Below, one piece after another: positions 17,950-27,044 of a stretch of DNA of 46,419 nucleotides. Each line of letters starts with the position of its first letter. Within the stretch, counting starts at the first letter, position 1. The position numbers and the translations under genes are program-made. Below the pieces are notes generated by a model. It did no database searches. It was given only the letters and a program-made list of their open reading frames with translations, and was not told where the DNA came from. Source of the stretch: a virus (Duplodnaviria > Caudoviricetes); IMG/VR virus record IMGVR_UViG_3300005326_000070, positions 1 through 46,419 of that record; one strand, written 5' to 3'.

Positions 17950-20249
17950 TGCCTTTCAAATACGAAATCAATGGTCAGATGGTTGAGTTTGACAAAGAGC
18001 CAAGCGAGGCAGATATAGACGAAGCCGCAAGTCAATTCACCCAACAGGAATCTCAAGAAAAGCCGATATTTACTACGGCAAAGTTTGAGCCTGTAGAAAC
18101 TGCAGGAGTATCTCCGCTTAATGCAGGGCAGGAACTTCTGCTTGGATTTGCCGCAAATGACAAGTTAAGGCTTGAATATTTGCAGAAAGAACTTGCTGGG
18201 AAGAATGTAGCACTCGACCAAGAAAAAGGACTTACTGTTGATGGAGTAAGAGTAAACCCTCAGGGATTGGATATGGGAGATGTTACCAGAAACGCAGGAT
18301 ATTCTTTTAATCTTGCAGGTCAATTCCTTGGGAATATCTTCGGTGGTGCGGCAGGTGTCCCTGGCGGCCCGGCTGGTGTAGTTGCAGGTTCTGTTGTCGG
18401 TGGGATAACAGGCTCTGGTCTTGGTAATGGGCTTAGGCTTGCCATAGGAGATTTACTTGGATTAGACCCTGACGGAAAAGACGTTACAGAGTCAATGATT
18501 GAAGATGCTCAGCAGGCGGCATTTGGAGAGGTTCTTGGTCTCGGAATGACTGGTGCAGGCAGGGCAGTAAAGCCAGCTCTTTCAGCGATTGGAAAGACTA
18601 AGTTTATAAAAGGCATTTCAAACATCTGGGGTAATGTCGCCAAGAAAACAGGTGATATGTTCCCTCAGTTAGCTCAATTTGTCGGTGGAATAGAACCTGA
18701 CGCAACAAAAGTAGCAATGAAATATGGTGCTAAAAACGTCTTAAACGAAACTTACTTCGACCCTGAAGCATCAATCAAGGTTGTCAACAATGTCCTGTTC
18801 GGTAATAAGAATATGGGAATTGTTGATACCTTTATCCAGGGTGCTGGGATGAAGAAGGGAACTATCGAGCTTGCAAAGTCTATAAAGGAAGTCGGAAGTC
18901 AGTATTTTGATGATTTCATCAGAGAGTTCGGGGGAATGAGCGATAACGCTATCGAAACAATAAAAAGATCGACATTTAAGGATGTTATAAATCCTGCTAA
19001 CCACGCAGATTCAAGACCATACGATATCGCCAAAACTATTGTTAAGGGAGCAAAGCACAAGGAAAAACTTTTGGGTGAGGAAATAGGCAAGCAGGAAATG
19101 TCTGCGTTAAAAGATATTGGAAATCAGAATTTCATTCTCTCTGACATTACTCCAAAGGTTGACAAGATACTAAAGGGAACTGCTTTGTTGAAATCAATCA
19201 AAGTAAAAGGCTATGACGCAAATCTTCCTACCGAGATAAAAGGCATTGACGAGCTTGTTAAGCTAAGAGAGATATTCGGAAGCACAAAGAACATAATTGA
19301 CGATACTGGTAAAAAGATAAAGGTCTGGAACTTTTACGATAAGGTCAAGAACAAAGACGCATTTATTATGAAGCAACGAGTAAATGCTCTTGCTGATTCT
19401 GTATTCCAGAACGATAGAATACCCTCAAGCGTTAAGATTGCTTTCAAGGATATTGCTGATACTTTTAGGGATAAGTATGCAAATAAAATGGGTCTGTCTG
19501 CAAAAAATAGCCAATACTCCATGTTTAAAAATATCGTAGACGAAACAAACATTGATGGGAACGGAGCTTTGCGTCAATGGGAGAACTTTATTAAGGGATA
19601 TGGAAAAAGAGGAACGACTGACAAGACAATCGCTGACAATCTACTATCTGAACTTCCTGGCGGCAATAGCTTAAAAAGAGCGATTAACCTATACAATACT
19701 GGAAAAGAACTTTCTGATTTCGATATTCTTGGTCTTGCCCAGAATTTAGAGAAGCGACTTACCAATAAAACCATTCTAAGCCAAAACAAAACTGATCTAA
19801 TGGAAAAAGTCCTGATCGGGCTAGACAATCACTTTAAGTCAACACCGAAACTAAGCAACAGGGCATTCATCGAAGAAGCAGAAAAGGCTCTTGCGGCAAA
19901 GGCTTTTATGGGAGGGTCTCCTAACATACTTCGTGTTCAAACGGTAGCCGCAATTATGGGGTTTAGTGGTTTGGTTGGTTTCATGAAAGCTGGACCAATT
20001 GGTGCAATGACTGGCTTGGGACTATCTTTGACGGCAACAAGTCCTAGGTCTATCGCAAAGGCTTTGGTTACTTTGGACAAGAAACTACCTCAAAAAGCGG
20101 TGAGTAAGTTTATATCAGGAGCTAAAAGACCAGGGCAGAAACTAATGAACTCGGTTGAGAAAAAGTTCGGCAAATACGCCAAGAAAGAAGATATCCTCAG
20201 GGCGTTGTTATCGGTTGCTTCTACGGCACAGGTAAGAAAAGGTCAATAG
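17949..20249 (+). CDS. Large DNA ejection protein 3
   Basis: 766 aa; EFDKEPSEADID N-terminus; Gly-rich membrane-insertion segments; last gene of the late operon. Confidence 0.65.
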   Translation: MPFKYEINGQMVEFDKEPSEADIDEAASQFTQQESQEKPIFTTAKFEPVETAGVSPLNAGQELLLGFAANDKLRLEYLQKELAGKNVALDQEKGLTVDGVRVNPQGLDMGDVTRNAGYSFNLAGQFLGNIFGGAAGVPGGPAGVVAGSVVGGITGSGLGNGLRLAIGDLLGLDPDGKDVTESMIEDAQQAAFGEVLGLGMTGAGRAVKPALSAIGKTKFIKGISNIWGNVAKKTGDMFPQLAQFVGGIEPDATKVAMKYGAKNVLNETYFDPEASIKVVNNVLFGNKNMGIVDTFIQGAGMKKGTIELAKSIKEVGSQYFDDFIREFGGMSDNAIETIKRSTFKDVINPANHADSRPYDIAKTIVKGAKHKEKLLGEEIGKQEMSALKDIGNQNFILSDITPKVDKILKGTALLKSIKVKGYDANLPTEIKGIDELVKLREIFGSTKNIIDDTGKKIKVWNFYDKVKNKDAFIMKQRVNALADSVFQNDRIPSSVKIAFKDIADTFRDKYANKMGLSAKNSQYSMFKNIVDETNIDGNGALRQWENFIKGYGKRGTTDKTIADNLLSELPGGNSLKRAINLYNTGKELSDFDILGLAQNLEKRLTNKTILSQNKTDLMEKVLIGLDNHFKSTPKLSNRAFIEEAEKALAAKAFMGGSPNILRVQTVAAIMGFSGLVGFMKAGPIGAMTGLGLSLTATSPRSIAKALVTLDKKLPQKAVSKFISGAKRPGQKLMNSVEKKFGKYAKKEDILRALLSVASTAQVRKGQ

Positions 20250-20311
20250 CCCCTGTATGCCGCCATCAGTAGGGCGATTAGCAGTATGATTATAATCGTT
20301 TCTATGCTCAT
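20243..20311 (-). CDS. 22-aa single-TM peptide (MSIETIIIILLIALLMAAYRGY)
   Basis: Read manually; AAAGGA RBS upstream; hydrophobic core. Confidence 0.5.
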   Translation of the reverse strand: MSIETIIIILLIALLMAAYRGY

Positions 20312-20323
20312 GATAATTGTCCT

Positions 20324-20623
20324 TTACATAACATCTTCGTAGGATGACATTAAAAAGCGTCCTCTTTGCCCTTTAAGGCCGAATCTTTTGGTTTTAAGGT
20401 TTTCTATCCTCTTACGGAGTTTTAGGGTTAGAACTTTTCCGTATTTTACTTTACACTCCTTATTTGTTAATTCCTTATCCGCTTTGTGAAATTCGTATCC
20501 GCTTAATGTGAAGTTCTTGCCACCGATAGTTTTTATACTTATTCTGCATAGAGCATAAACCAACTTGAATTTTTTGCCAACAGGGTTGGTTATGGCTATT
20601 TTTATCTCAGGATAACTGCCCAC
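20324..20623 (-). CDS. Basic hypothetical protein
   Basis: ORF fills the gap at the end of the minus-strand operon; start uncertain. Confidence 0.5.
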   Translation of the reverse strand: MGSYPEIKIAITNPVGKKFKLVYALCRISIKTIGGKNFTLSGYEFHKADKELTNKECKVKYGKVLTLKLRKRIENLKTKRFGLKGQRGRFLMSSYEDVM

Positions 20624-22019
20624 GGGTTTGCCCTTTCAAAAATACTTGGGGGATTAGTTTAAACAGTTTAAGGTCTTCTTTGAATCTACCTTTGATAGTC
20701 AGCCAGATTCTAATTCTTCTGAGCATCCATGCAGGATTAAAGTAGAACCTGCGATATGCAGATTTCTTGGCGTTCTCAAGGTCTTTCAATGTCAACCCAT
20801 CAGGTATATAGAGCGGATAGATACCCCTGAATCCTCTCGCTCCATTGATGTATCCGTCCAGGTCCACATTCGCCATGGAGTATATCTTAGAGCCTGGCAT
20901 TGGCATAGTTATGTGAACCCCGATAGCGTCTGCACCAACCCTATTCCCGATTCGGATGGTTTCGTTCAGGTCTTGCTTGGTCTCCCGAGGAAATCCTACC
21001 ATTAGGAACAGATTAGAGATGATCTTGCTTTCTTTGCAGATTTTAACTGCCTTTTTAATGCTTTCTTCTGATAGGTGCTTTCCGACAACCTCATTGCGTA
21101 TTTTATCGCTTCCACTTTCAACCCCAAAATACAGTTCACGGCAACCTGCTCGTCTAAGAAGTTCTCCAAGCTCTGGAGTAAGCCTATCCGCTCTTGTAGA
21201 GGCAATCCATCGGCATCGAAGTCCTCGTCTAATAATTTCTTCGCACAGTTCTTTAGTTCTTGAGTAGCTTGCTGTAAAGCAGTCGTCCACGAATGAATAC
21301 TGCCCGTTGCATTGTCCATACACAACCTCCATTTCATCTACGATGTTTTTAGCACTCCGATACCTGACTTTCTTTCCTCTCGCCGGGATAGCACAGAATA
21401 TACAGTCAAACGGACAGCCTCGGCTTGCGAGTATCCCTGCGGCGGGAACTTCAAACTTTAACTGTTCTTTGCGTTTGTAAATCGAGTAGTCTATCAAATG
21501 CCTTGCCGGGAACGGCAGGGAATCTAAATCCTCGACCTGTTCTCCAATATTAACTCGGTCTATCTTTTCTCCTTTCTTTACCTTGGACACGATTTTTTCA
21601 AGTGTTATCTCGCCCTCACCTATCACGCAGAAGTCAAAGAACGGATATCTGTCTATAAAGGTCGGGTCTGAGGTTATGTGGACACCGCCTAGCCCGATCA
21701 CAGTTTCAGGAAGATATTCTTTTAAAGACTTAGCCAGAGTAATCGCAGACTGTATGCCAGTAGTCATCGCTGAAATGCCTATAATTCGAGGATTTTGAGT
21801 AATAGCAAGACTAATAACTTCCCAGAGGTTTAATCCTTGGGCTGAGATATCCATTACCTTTACCGAGTGTCCTTTGCTTTCAAGGTAAGAAGCAAGATAA
21901 AGTATGTTCAGCGGATAGTAGGAAGTCTCATCACCGCCGTGGTCTTTAAACCTCAGCTTGTCGGCTTTGTCTTTATAAAGAATAATTGGTGAGTTAATTA
22001 GCAGAACGTCATTTCCCAT
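20607..22019 (-). CDS. B12-binding radical SAM enzyme (class B methyltransferase-like)
   Basis: N-terminal cobalamin-binding domain (PLNILYLASYL, GGVH, IGEGE); SRGCPFDCIFC CxxxCxxC; GVESGS. Confidence 0.93.
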   Translation of the reverse strand: MGNDVLLINSPIILYKDKADKLRFKDHGGDETSYYPLNILYLASYLESKGHSVKVMDISAQGLNLWEVISLAITQNPRIIGISAMTTGIQSAITLAKSLKEYLPETVIGLGGVHITSDPTFIDRYPFFDFCVIGEGEITLEKIVSKVKKGEKIDRVNIGEQVEDLDSLPFPARHLIDYSIYKRKEQLKFEVPAAGILASRGCPFDCIFCAIPARGKKVRYRSAKNIVDEMEVVYGQCNGQYSFVDDCFTASYSRTKELCEEIIRRGLRCRWIASTRADRLTPELGELLRRAGCRELYFGVESGSDKIRNEVVGKHLSEESIKKAVKICKESKIISNLFLMVGFPRETKQDLNETIRIGNRVGADAIGVHITMPMPGSKIYSMANVDLDGYINGARGFRGIYPLYIPDGLTLKDLENAKKSAYRRFYFNPAWMLRRIRIWLTIKGRFKEDLKLFKLIPQVFLKGQTRGQLS

Positions 22020-22158
22020 GAATTAGAATCTCCACCGCTTCCCATAATGCTACCATTGCTATAAATATTATGTATGCAATGCTTATCGGTATCCCGGCAA
22101 ATAATAATGCCACAACTGCAAATAACATTTTTGACGCTTCGTATAACCTATTCATCAT
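22009..22158 (-). CDS. Small membrane protein (~49 aa)
   Basis: Hydrophobic stretch; fills the gap between GT2 and the radical SAM gene. Confidence 0.5.
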   Translation of the reverse strand: MMNRLYEASKMLFAVVALLFAGIPISIAYIIFIAMVALWEAVEILIHGK

Positions 22159-22172
22159 CAACCCCCATAGTT

Positions 22173-22892
22173 TTATTTGTTTATTATGTAAACAATCCCT
22201 CTTAGAAAAATCAACCCCATAACTGCAAGCGCAAATAATGGATTTGACAAGAATCTTTTCCACTTTCCATTTTCAAGGAACACCCAAAAGCATCTCCACC
22301 AGAACGATAGAACTTTATCATTGGGGTTCTTAGTTGTGTATTTGCTCATACTCTTTGAGTAGTATGCTTTTTTCTTAAGATATTTTATTAACCCAATATC
22401 TGCCTCATTGTGGATCAAACTATTTAATGTTATCCCCTTGCATCCCACTATTCTTCTGTCCCAATCGCTATCTTCTGGGCCGTGCATAGTTTCGTCAAAC
22501 ATAGGACAAATTGATTTCTTGACAAACCTTACCACGTCAACTGCAGTTCCATTATAAAATCCTCTTTCCCAATTTCTAATTTTGTTAAACAGGCTCTTCC
22601 CCATTACCTTTTCTGGGATATATAATGAATCGAACCCATTCATTTTGTCAACACATTCACTAATCAATCCTTTTTCTATTGTATGATCGCTGTCTAAAAT
22701 AAGTAAGTATTCTCCCTTGGCTTTGCTTATTCCGATGTTTCTCTGGGCAGATCGTTCTAACCCTTCATCGACAATTATTATTTCCGTATCTTTGAATGTC
22801 GATTCTTTTACAGATAAAACTAAATCAGAAACATCTTCTCCTCTTCTTATCGGCACTATAACGCTTACTACTGGATTGTTTTGTTCATCCAT
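22173..22892 (-). CDS. Glycosyltransferase family 2 with C-terminal TM helix
   Basis: VSVIVP, IIIVD, RNIG, LILDSD (DxD), ED.DW motifs. Confidence 0.92.
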   Translation of the reverse strand: MDEQNNPVVSVIVPIRRGEDVSDLVLSVKESTFKDTEIIIVDEGLERSAQRNIGISKAKGEYLLILDSDHTIEKGLISECVDKMNGFDSLYIPEKVMGKSLFNKIRNWERGFYNGTAVDVVRFVKKSICPMFDETMHGPEDSDWDRRIVGCKGITLNSLIHNEADIGLIKYLKKKAYYSKSMSKYTTKNPNDKVLSFWWRCFWVFLENGKWKRFLSNPLFALAVMGLIFLRGIVYIINK

Positions 22893-22912
22893 AAAATAGT
22901 ATCCTTTCTGTT

Positions 22913-23440
22913 TTATCTTGCCCACAGTAACGCAACGGTTTCATTCCAGACATCTTCTGACCTGTTCTTCCACGCCCATTTCTCGTGAGTGTATTCTAAT
23001 GCCTCAGCAGACAATAGATTGTAGGTTTCCTTGTTGTTTAGTAAGGCAATTATCGAATCGGCAAAGACGCCATCGTTAAAGCAAGGCACTCTGACAACTC
23101 CTTTTTCGTAATACTTCCTTAGCGTATCAAGGTCAAAGCACACCCCCGGCAGTCCGAAAGCCATACACTCTGCCATTGCCATCCCACCGCTATCGTAGGT
23201 AGCGGGATGGACCACCACTCGGCATTGTTTAATCAGGTTATCTCTCTCAACGCTATACTTAAATCCTGCAAAGGTTACGCTCTCGTCTGCTAATCTCTTG
23301 CACTCCTCAAGCAAAGCACCATCTCCGATCATCAGCATCTTGGCGTCTGGCTTTTTCTCTAGGACTTTTCTCCATATCTTCATCATCTTGAACACTCCTT
23401 TTTGATGATGGAATCGCCCTAGATAGACAACATCATACAT
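22913..23440 (-). CDS. Glycosyltransferase family 4, C-terminal (donor-binding) half
   Basis: YLGRFHHQKG, IGDG, SGGMAMAECMAFGLP; has its own GGAGG RBS. Confidence 0.88.
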   Translation of the reverse strand: MYDVVYLGRFHHQKGVFKMMKIWRKVLEKKPDAKMLMIGDGALLEECKRLADESVTFAGFKYSVERDNLIKQCRVVVHPATYDSGGMAMAECMAFGLPGVCFDLDTLRKYYEKGVVRVPCFNDGVFADSIIALLNNKETYNLLSAEALEYTHEKWAWKNRSEDVWNETVALLWAR

Positions 23441-24020
23441 ACACGCCTCCTTTCACAACTACCGTCCTTGGGAACTTGTCTTTATCAGAATCCGACGTTA
23501 CAAACACCACGTCAGCGAATTTGCGGATTATAGGATAGCTGACCCTCTGGCACAGCCAGTAAGCAATCCCTCGGAATCTGTCATTTTTATAGGGATTGTC
23601 CACTGCCCAGGGGGAAGGGCAGAATAAGTAGAAGCCAGCTATCCATTTAATCCTCGGATTGAACAACTTAATCATAAACACAGGTATCATATCCGGCAGA
23701 AAGTCCGACACGCTGTATATCAAGTCGCAGTCCAAGTCGTTAAACAAGGCAAACCTAACTCCGTGCCAGAGCTTGTAAAGTGTGTTTTTAAATATAGACC
23801 ACTTACTAAACTTATCTTTTAGTTCTATCTTCTCGCAAATCGGTATCTTCATTATCCTCGTATCCGGGCAGTATTCTCTTGCGGTTTCGATAGCTTCTTC
23901 ACTACCGATGACGGTAATGTCCATGAACTCTACCCAATGCTTTGCAAGGGAAGTCCAAATCGTATCTCCACCGCTCAGACCTACACCGATGTTATTTATT
24001 GCAAATATGGCTAATCTCAA
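23433..24020 (-). CDS. Glycosyltransferase family 4, N-terminal (acceptor-binding) half
   Basis: LSGGD, DLIYSVSDF, ADVVFVTS, KGGV motifs; TTG start with AAGGAG RBS. Confidence 0.8.
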   Translation of the reverse strand: MRLAIFAINNIGVGLSGGDTIWTSLAKHWVEFMDITVIGSEEAIETAREYCPDTRIMKIPICEKIELKDKFSKWSIFKNTLYKLWHGVRFALFNDLDCDLIYSVSDFLPDMIPVFMIKLFNPRIKWIAGFYLFCPSPWAVDNPYKNDRFRGIAYWLCQRVSYPIIRKFADVVFVTSDSDKDKFPRTVVVKGGVYV

Positions 24021-25179
24021 GCAATTTCTCCTTCATATATTCAAGTTCTGCATAACCAATCCCAGGATATACTCCAATCCAGAACACGTTGTTCATAATC
24101 CAATCGCAGTTTTTTAAATCTCCCACAATCCGGCAGGGGATGTTACGATACGCAGGCTGTCTTAAAAGATTCCCCCCGAACAACATCCTTGTAGCGATTC
24201 CGTTCTTCTCAAGGTGTTCTACAATCTCTACCCGATGCGTCGAGAATATGGGAAATCCAAACCAGCAAGGCTCTGACTTCGGGTTAGGCTCGATGCCCCC
24301 AACAACATCGTAAAGGAATTTGTAGTTTCTCTTTCTTATCTCGCTGAATCCAGGCAACTTTTTAAGCTGTTCTATCCCGATAGCCGCTTGCAGGTCGGTT
24401 GACTTTAAGTTATATCCGATATGAGAATAGACATACTTATGGTCGTATCCTCTAGGTAAATCTCCGTGTTTCTGGGTGAACCTGTTCTTGCAGGTATCGT
24501 CGTGTCCCGGCAGACACCAGCAATCTCTACCCCAATCCCTGAACGATAGCACGGCTTTGTGGATAGCAAGGTTTCTTGTCAGCACCGCACCACCCTCTCC
24601 GCAGGTAATGTGATGAGCAGGGTAGAACGACATTGTAGAAACATGCCCAAAAGAGCCTGTGTATCTGCCTCGATACTTACTACCTAAACTATCGCAATTA
24701 TCTTCGACCAGATAGATTCCTCTGTCCTCTGCAATGTCAAGCAGTTCGTCAATGTCCACTGGATTTCCAAGAGTATGAGCAAACACTATCGCTTTAGTCC
24801 TGTCCGTGATTGCTTTCTTGACTTCCTGAATCGATATGTTCAGGGTTTCCTTGTCAGAGTCTACGAACACCGGTGTTAGTCTATTCTGGATAATTGGGTT
24901 GACTGTGGTCGGGAACGCCGCCGCTGTCGTGATAACTTCGTCCCCTTCCTTGAGTGCCTTATCACCTAAGAGTTTAGAGGTGAGTGCAGAGATAGCAAGC
25001 AGATTAGCCGATGAGCCTGAGTTGCAGACCGCACAATGGCTTACTCCAATAAACTTGCTCAATTCTTCCTGAAATATCTCTGTCCTCTTACCATGGACCA
25101 GCCAGAAATCTTTCGCCGCTTCTATGAGTGCGTTTACTTCCTTTTCGTCGTGGACAATGCCAGCACATTTTATTTTCAT
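23992..25179 (-). CDS. rfbH: CDP-4-keto-6-deoxyglucose 3-dehydrase (DdhC/RfbH, E1)
   Basis: NSGSSANLLA, EDNCD, SFYPAHHIT.GEGG (His in place of Lys), GRDCWC...TC Fe-S motif, YDHKYVYSHIGYNLK. Confidence 0.93.
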   Translation of the reverse strand: MKIKCAGIVHDEKEVNALIEAAKDFWLVHGKRTEIFQEELSKFIGVSHCAVCNSGSSANLLAISALTSKLLGDKALKEGDEVITTAAAFPTTVNPIIQNRLTPVFVDSDKETLNISIQEVKKAITDRTKAIVFAHTLGNPVDIDELLDIAEDRGIYLVEDNCDSLGSKYRGRYTGSFGHVSTMSFYPAHHITCGEGGAVLTRNLAIHKAVLSFRDWGRDCWCLPGHDDTCKNRFTQKHGDLPRGYDHKYVYSHIGYNLKSTDLQAAIGIEQLKKLPGFSEIRKRNYKFLYDVVGGIEPNPKSEPCWFGFPIFSTHRVEIVEHLEKNGIATRMLFGGNLLRQPAYRNIPCRIVGDLKNCDWIMNNVFWIGVYPGIGYAELEYMKEKLLEISHICNK

Positions 25180-25658
25180 CTTTTTATCCTTATGTATCGT
25201 GGGGTTGGAGTTACGCACATAACCAGTTCTTTTAATTCATCGGTGTCTTTCGGCTCGTGAACTGCCATTGGTATCGCCGACATAATTTTTAAGTCCTCGT
25301 CATCGGGGCAGTTATGAGATACTCCATAGCCTGGATATGCGTCCTTGCCACCAATCCCGACTATTGTTATAGGAAGTTTCTCGTAGGCAACGCAGTTTCT
25401 TATCTGCTCGAACGCTCTAAAGCACACAAAGGTAGACATGGAATACACAAATACCCTTTTCTTCGCTACGGCAAGCCCAGAGGCAATTCCTACCATATTC
25501 TGCTCTGCGATACCACAATTGATAAATCTATCGGGAAATAGCCCTTGTAGGCGTTCTACGAAGCCCCAGCCGACATCCCCTGTTAAAAACCATAAATTAG
25601 AATCTTTTCTCATCTCCCTTGCCACAGTATCGAATAGTGTTTGCCTCATTGTGGACAC
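25176..25658 (-). CDS. Transketolase-like pyrimidine-binding subunit (no C-terminal domain)
   Basis: RFINCGIAEQNMVGIASGLA, RAFEQIRN, G.SH; only 160 aa. Confidence 0.9.
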   Translation of the reverse strand: MSTMRQTLFDTVAREMRKDSNLWFLTGDVGWGFVERLQGLFPDRFINCGIAEQNMVGIASGLAVAKKRVFVYSMSTFVCFRAFEQIRNCVAYEKLPITIVGIGGKDAYPGYGVSHNCPDDEDLKIMSAIPMAVHEPKDTDELKELVMCVTPTPRYIRIKR

Positions 25659-26323
25659 CTGTAATGGTATTCGTTGCTATCTTCCATATACTTGAATCCT
25701 TTCCCCTTGGTAGTGTTGGCGATTATCGCAACAGGTTTCTTGGAGTAAGACACCGCTCTAAATACATAGGTCAGTTCTTCAAGGTCGTGTCCATAGCAAG
25801 TTCTTGTATCCCAGCCGAATGAGTTAATCCTTTTGTCTAACGGGTTCAGGCTTAATATATCCTCAGTCTTTCCTAACCCCTGCCAGCCGTTCCTGTCTAT
25901 GACCACCCTGAGGTTTTTCAGCTTATGGTGAGATGCAAACGCCAATGCTTCCCAGACCTGACCCTCTTGGCACTCTCCGTCTCCCATGACCACGAACACC
26001 ATTTTATCACGATTGGCAAGCGCAACTCCACAACCGATTGACAACCCCATGCCTAAAGACCCTGAAGAGACGTTCACGCAATGACCCCTGGTTGCCATTC
26101 TAGGCTTATCGCTGACGTCCTCAATTCCCCAGATTGCGTATAAGCAGTTAATGGCGTGTCCTTTTGAAAGGATAAGTTCATCTCCCTGACCCATTACTCT
26201 GGTGATCGCCATTAGTATCTCGACACAGGACAACGATGAAGCCACGTGTGAAGACTTGGTGTCCTTGTGTAGTTTATAAATCTGTCCTCGGATAGAGCGT
26301 GGTTTAAAAGCCAGTTTTCTCAT
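25646..26323 (-). CDS. Transketolase-like ThDP-binding subunit
   Basis: LSKGHA, SGSLGMG, GDGECQEG...N ThDP motif, TTKGKG. Confidence 0.92.
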   Translation of the reverse strand: MRKLAFKPRSIRGQIYKLHKDTKSSHVASSLSCVEILMAITRVMGQGDELILSKGHAINCLYAIWGIEDVSDKPRMATRGHCVNVSSGSLGMGLSIGCGVALANRDKMVFVVMGDGECQEGQVWEALAFASHHKLKNLRVVIDRNGWQGLGKTEDILSLNPLDKRINSFGWDTRTCYGHDLEELTYVFRAVSYSKKPVAIIANTTKGKGFKYMEDSNEYHYRCPQ

Positions 26324-27044
26324 AGTATTTAATCAATTCCCCAATCCCCTTGTCTAAAGGTGTTAGTTCCATCCCTGTTTCGTGTAAAAACTGCCTTGAG
26401 TTCGAGCCGTAAACTTCGTCCGATTCGTGGTCGATTGTATAGTCCACCCTGATAATGTCCGCTATCTGGCTCAGCTTGACGTGATTTCCAGAACATACAT
26501 TATAAGCCGACTGATTCGGAGTGTTCTCCAAGAACCACTTCACCGCTTTGCAGAGGTCGTTTACATACAGATAGTCAAAGCTCAGGTTGTTAAATATTCT
26601 TACTTGCTTACCCTGAATCTTACTTATGATACAATGCGAAATGAACCTTCTGGACACGTCTTCATACTTGCCATAGACCCCATAAAGTCTGAGATTGTAG
26701 ATATGCTTTGTCTTCCAGGTATGCTCGTTCATTATCTCTTTTGCCAGCCCATAGTCTGTGTTTCTGCCCTCTGCACCGCTTCCAAAGTAAACCATATCCA
26801 CGTTCTGCCTTGCGAGATTGAAATACGACCTGACCATATCTTCAAAGCTGTCCTTGTCGCTACCTGCGGCGTTTATAATAAAGTCAGGTCTTTCAGTCTT
26901 GAAGTATTCGTTTACCTTGTCCTTGTCAGTAAGGTTTACCTCGTTTCTGCTAGGATGTAAAATTGTATATATGCCCGAACAGGACAGGTATTGAATCAGG
27001 TTCTTGCCGATGAATCCGCTACCGCCGAATATGACTATTTTCAT
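26304..27044 (-). CDS. NAD-dependent nucleotide-sugar epimerase/reductase (extended SDR)
   Basis: GGSGFIG, YGLAK (YxxxK), LRLYGVYG; ATGA overlap start at 27044. Confidence 0.92.
   Translation of the reverse strand: MKIVIFGGSGFIGKNLIQYLSCSGIYTILHPSRNEVNLTDKDKVNEYFKTERPDFIINAAGSDKDSFEDMVRSYFNLARQNVDMVYFGSGAEGRNTDYGLAKEIMNEHTWKTKHIYNLRLYGVYGKYEDVSRRFISHCIISKIQGKQVRIFNNLSFDYLYVNDLCKAVKWFLENTPNQSAYNVCSGNHVKLSQIADIIRVDYTIDHESDEVYGSNSRQFLHETGMELTPLDKGIGELIKYYEKTGF

Noticed and set aside
1123-19828. Numerous minus-strand ORFs opposite the structural genes
   Set aside because: Antisense shadows without RBS or recognisable motifs.
25176-26323. Transketolase as a pentose-phosphate auxiliary metabolic gene
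   Set aside because: It is embedded between rfbH and an NDP-sugar reductase and is truncated; the context indicates nucleotide-sugar synthesis.
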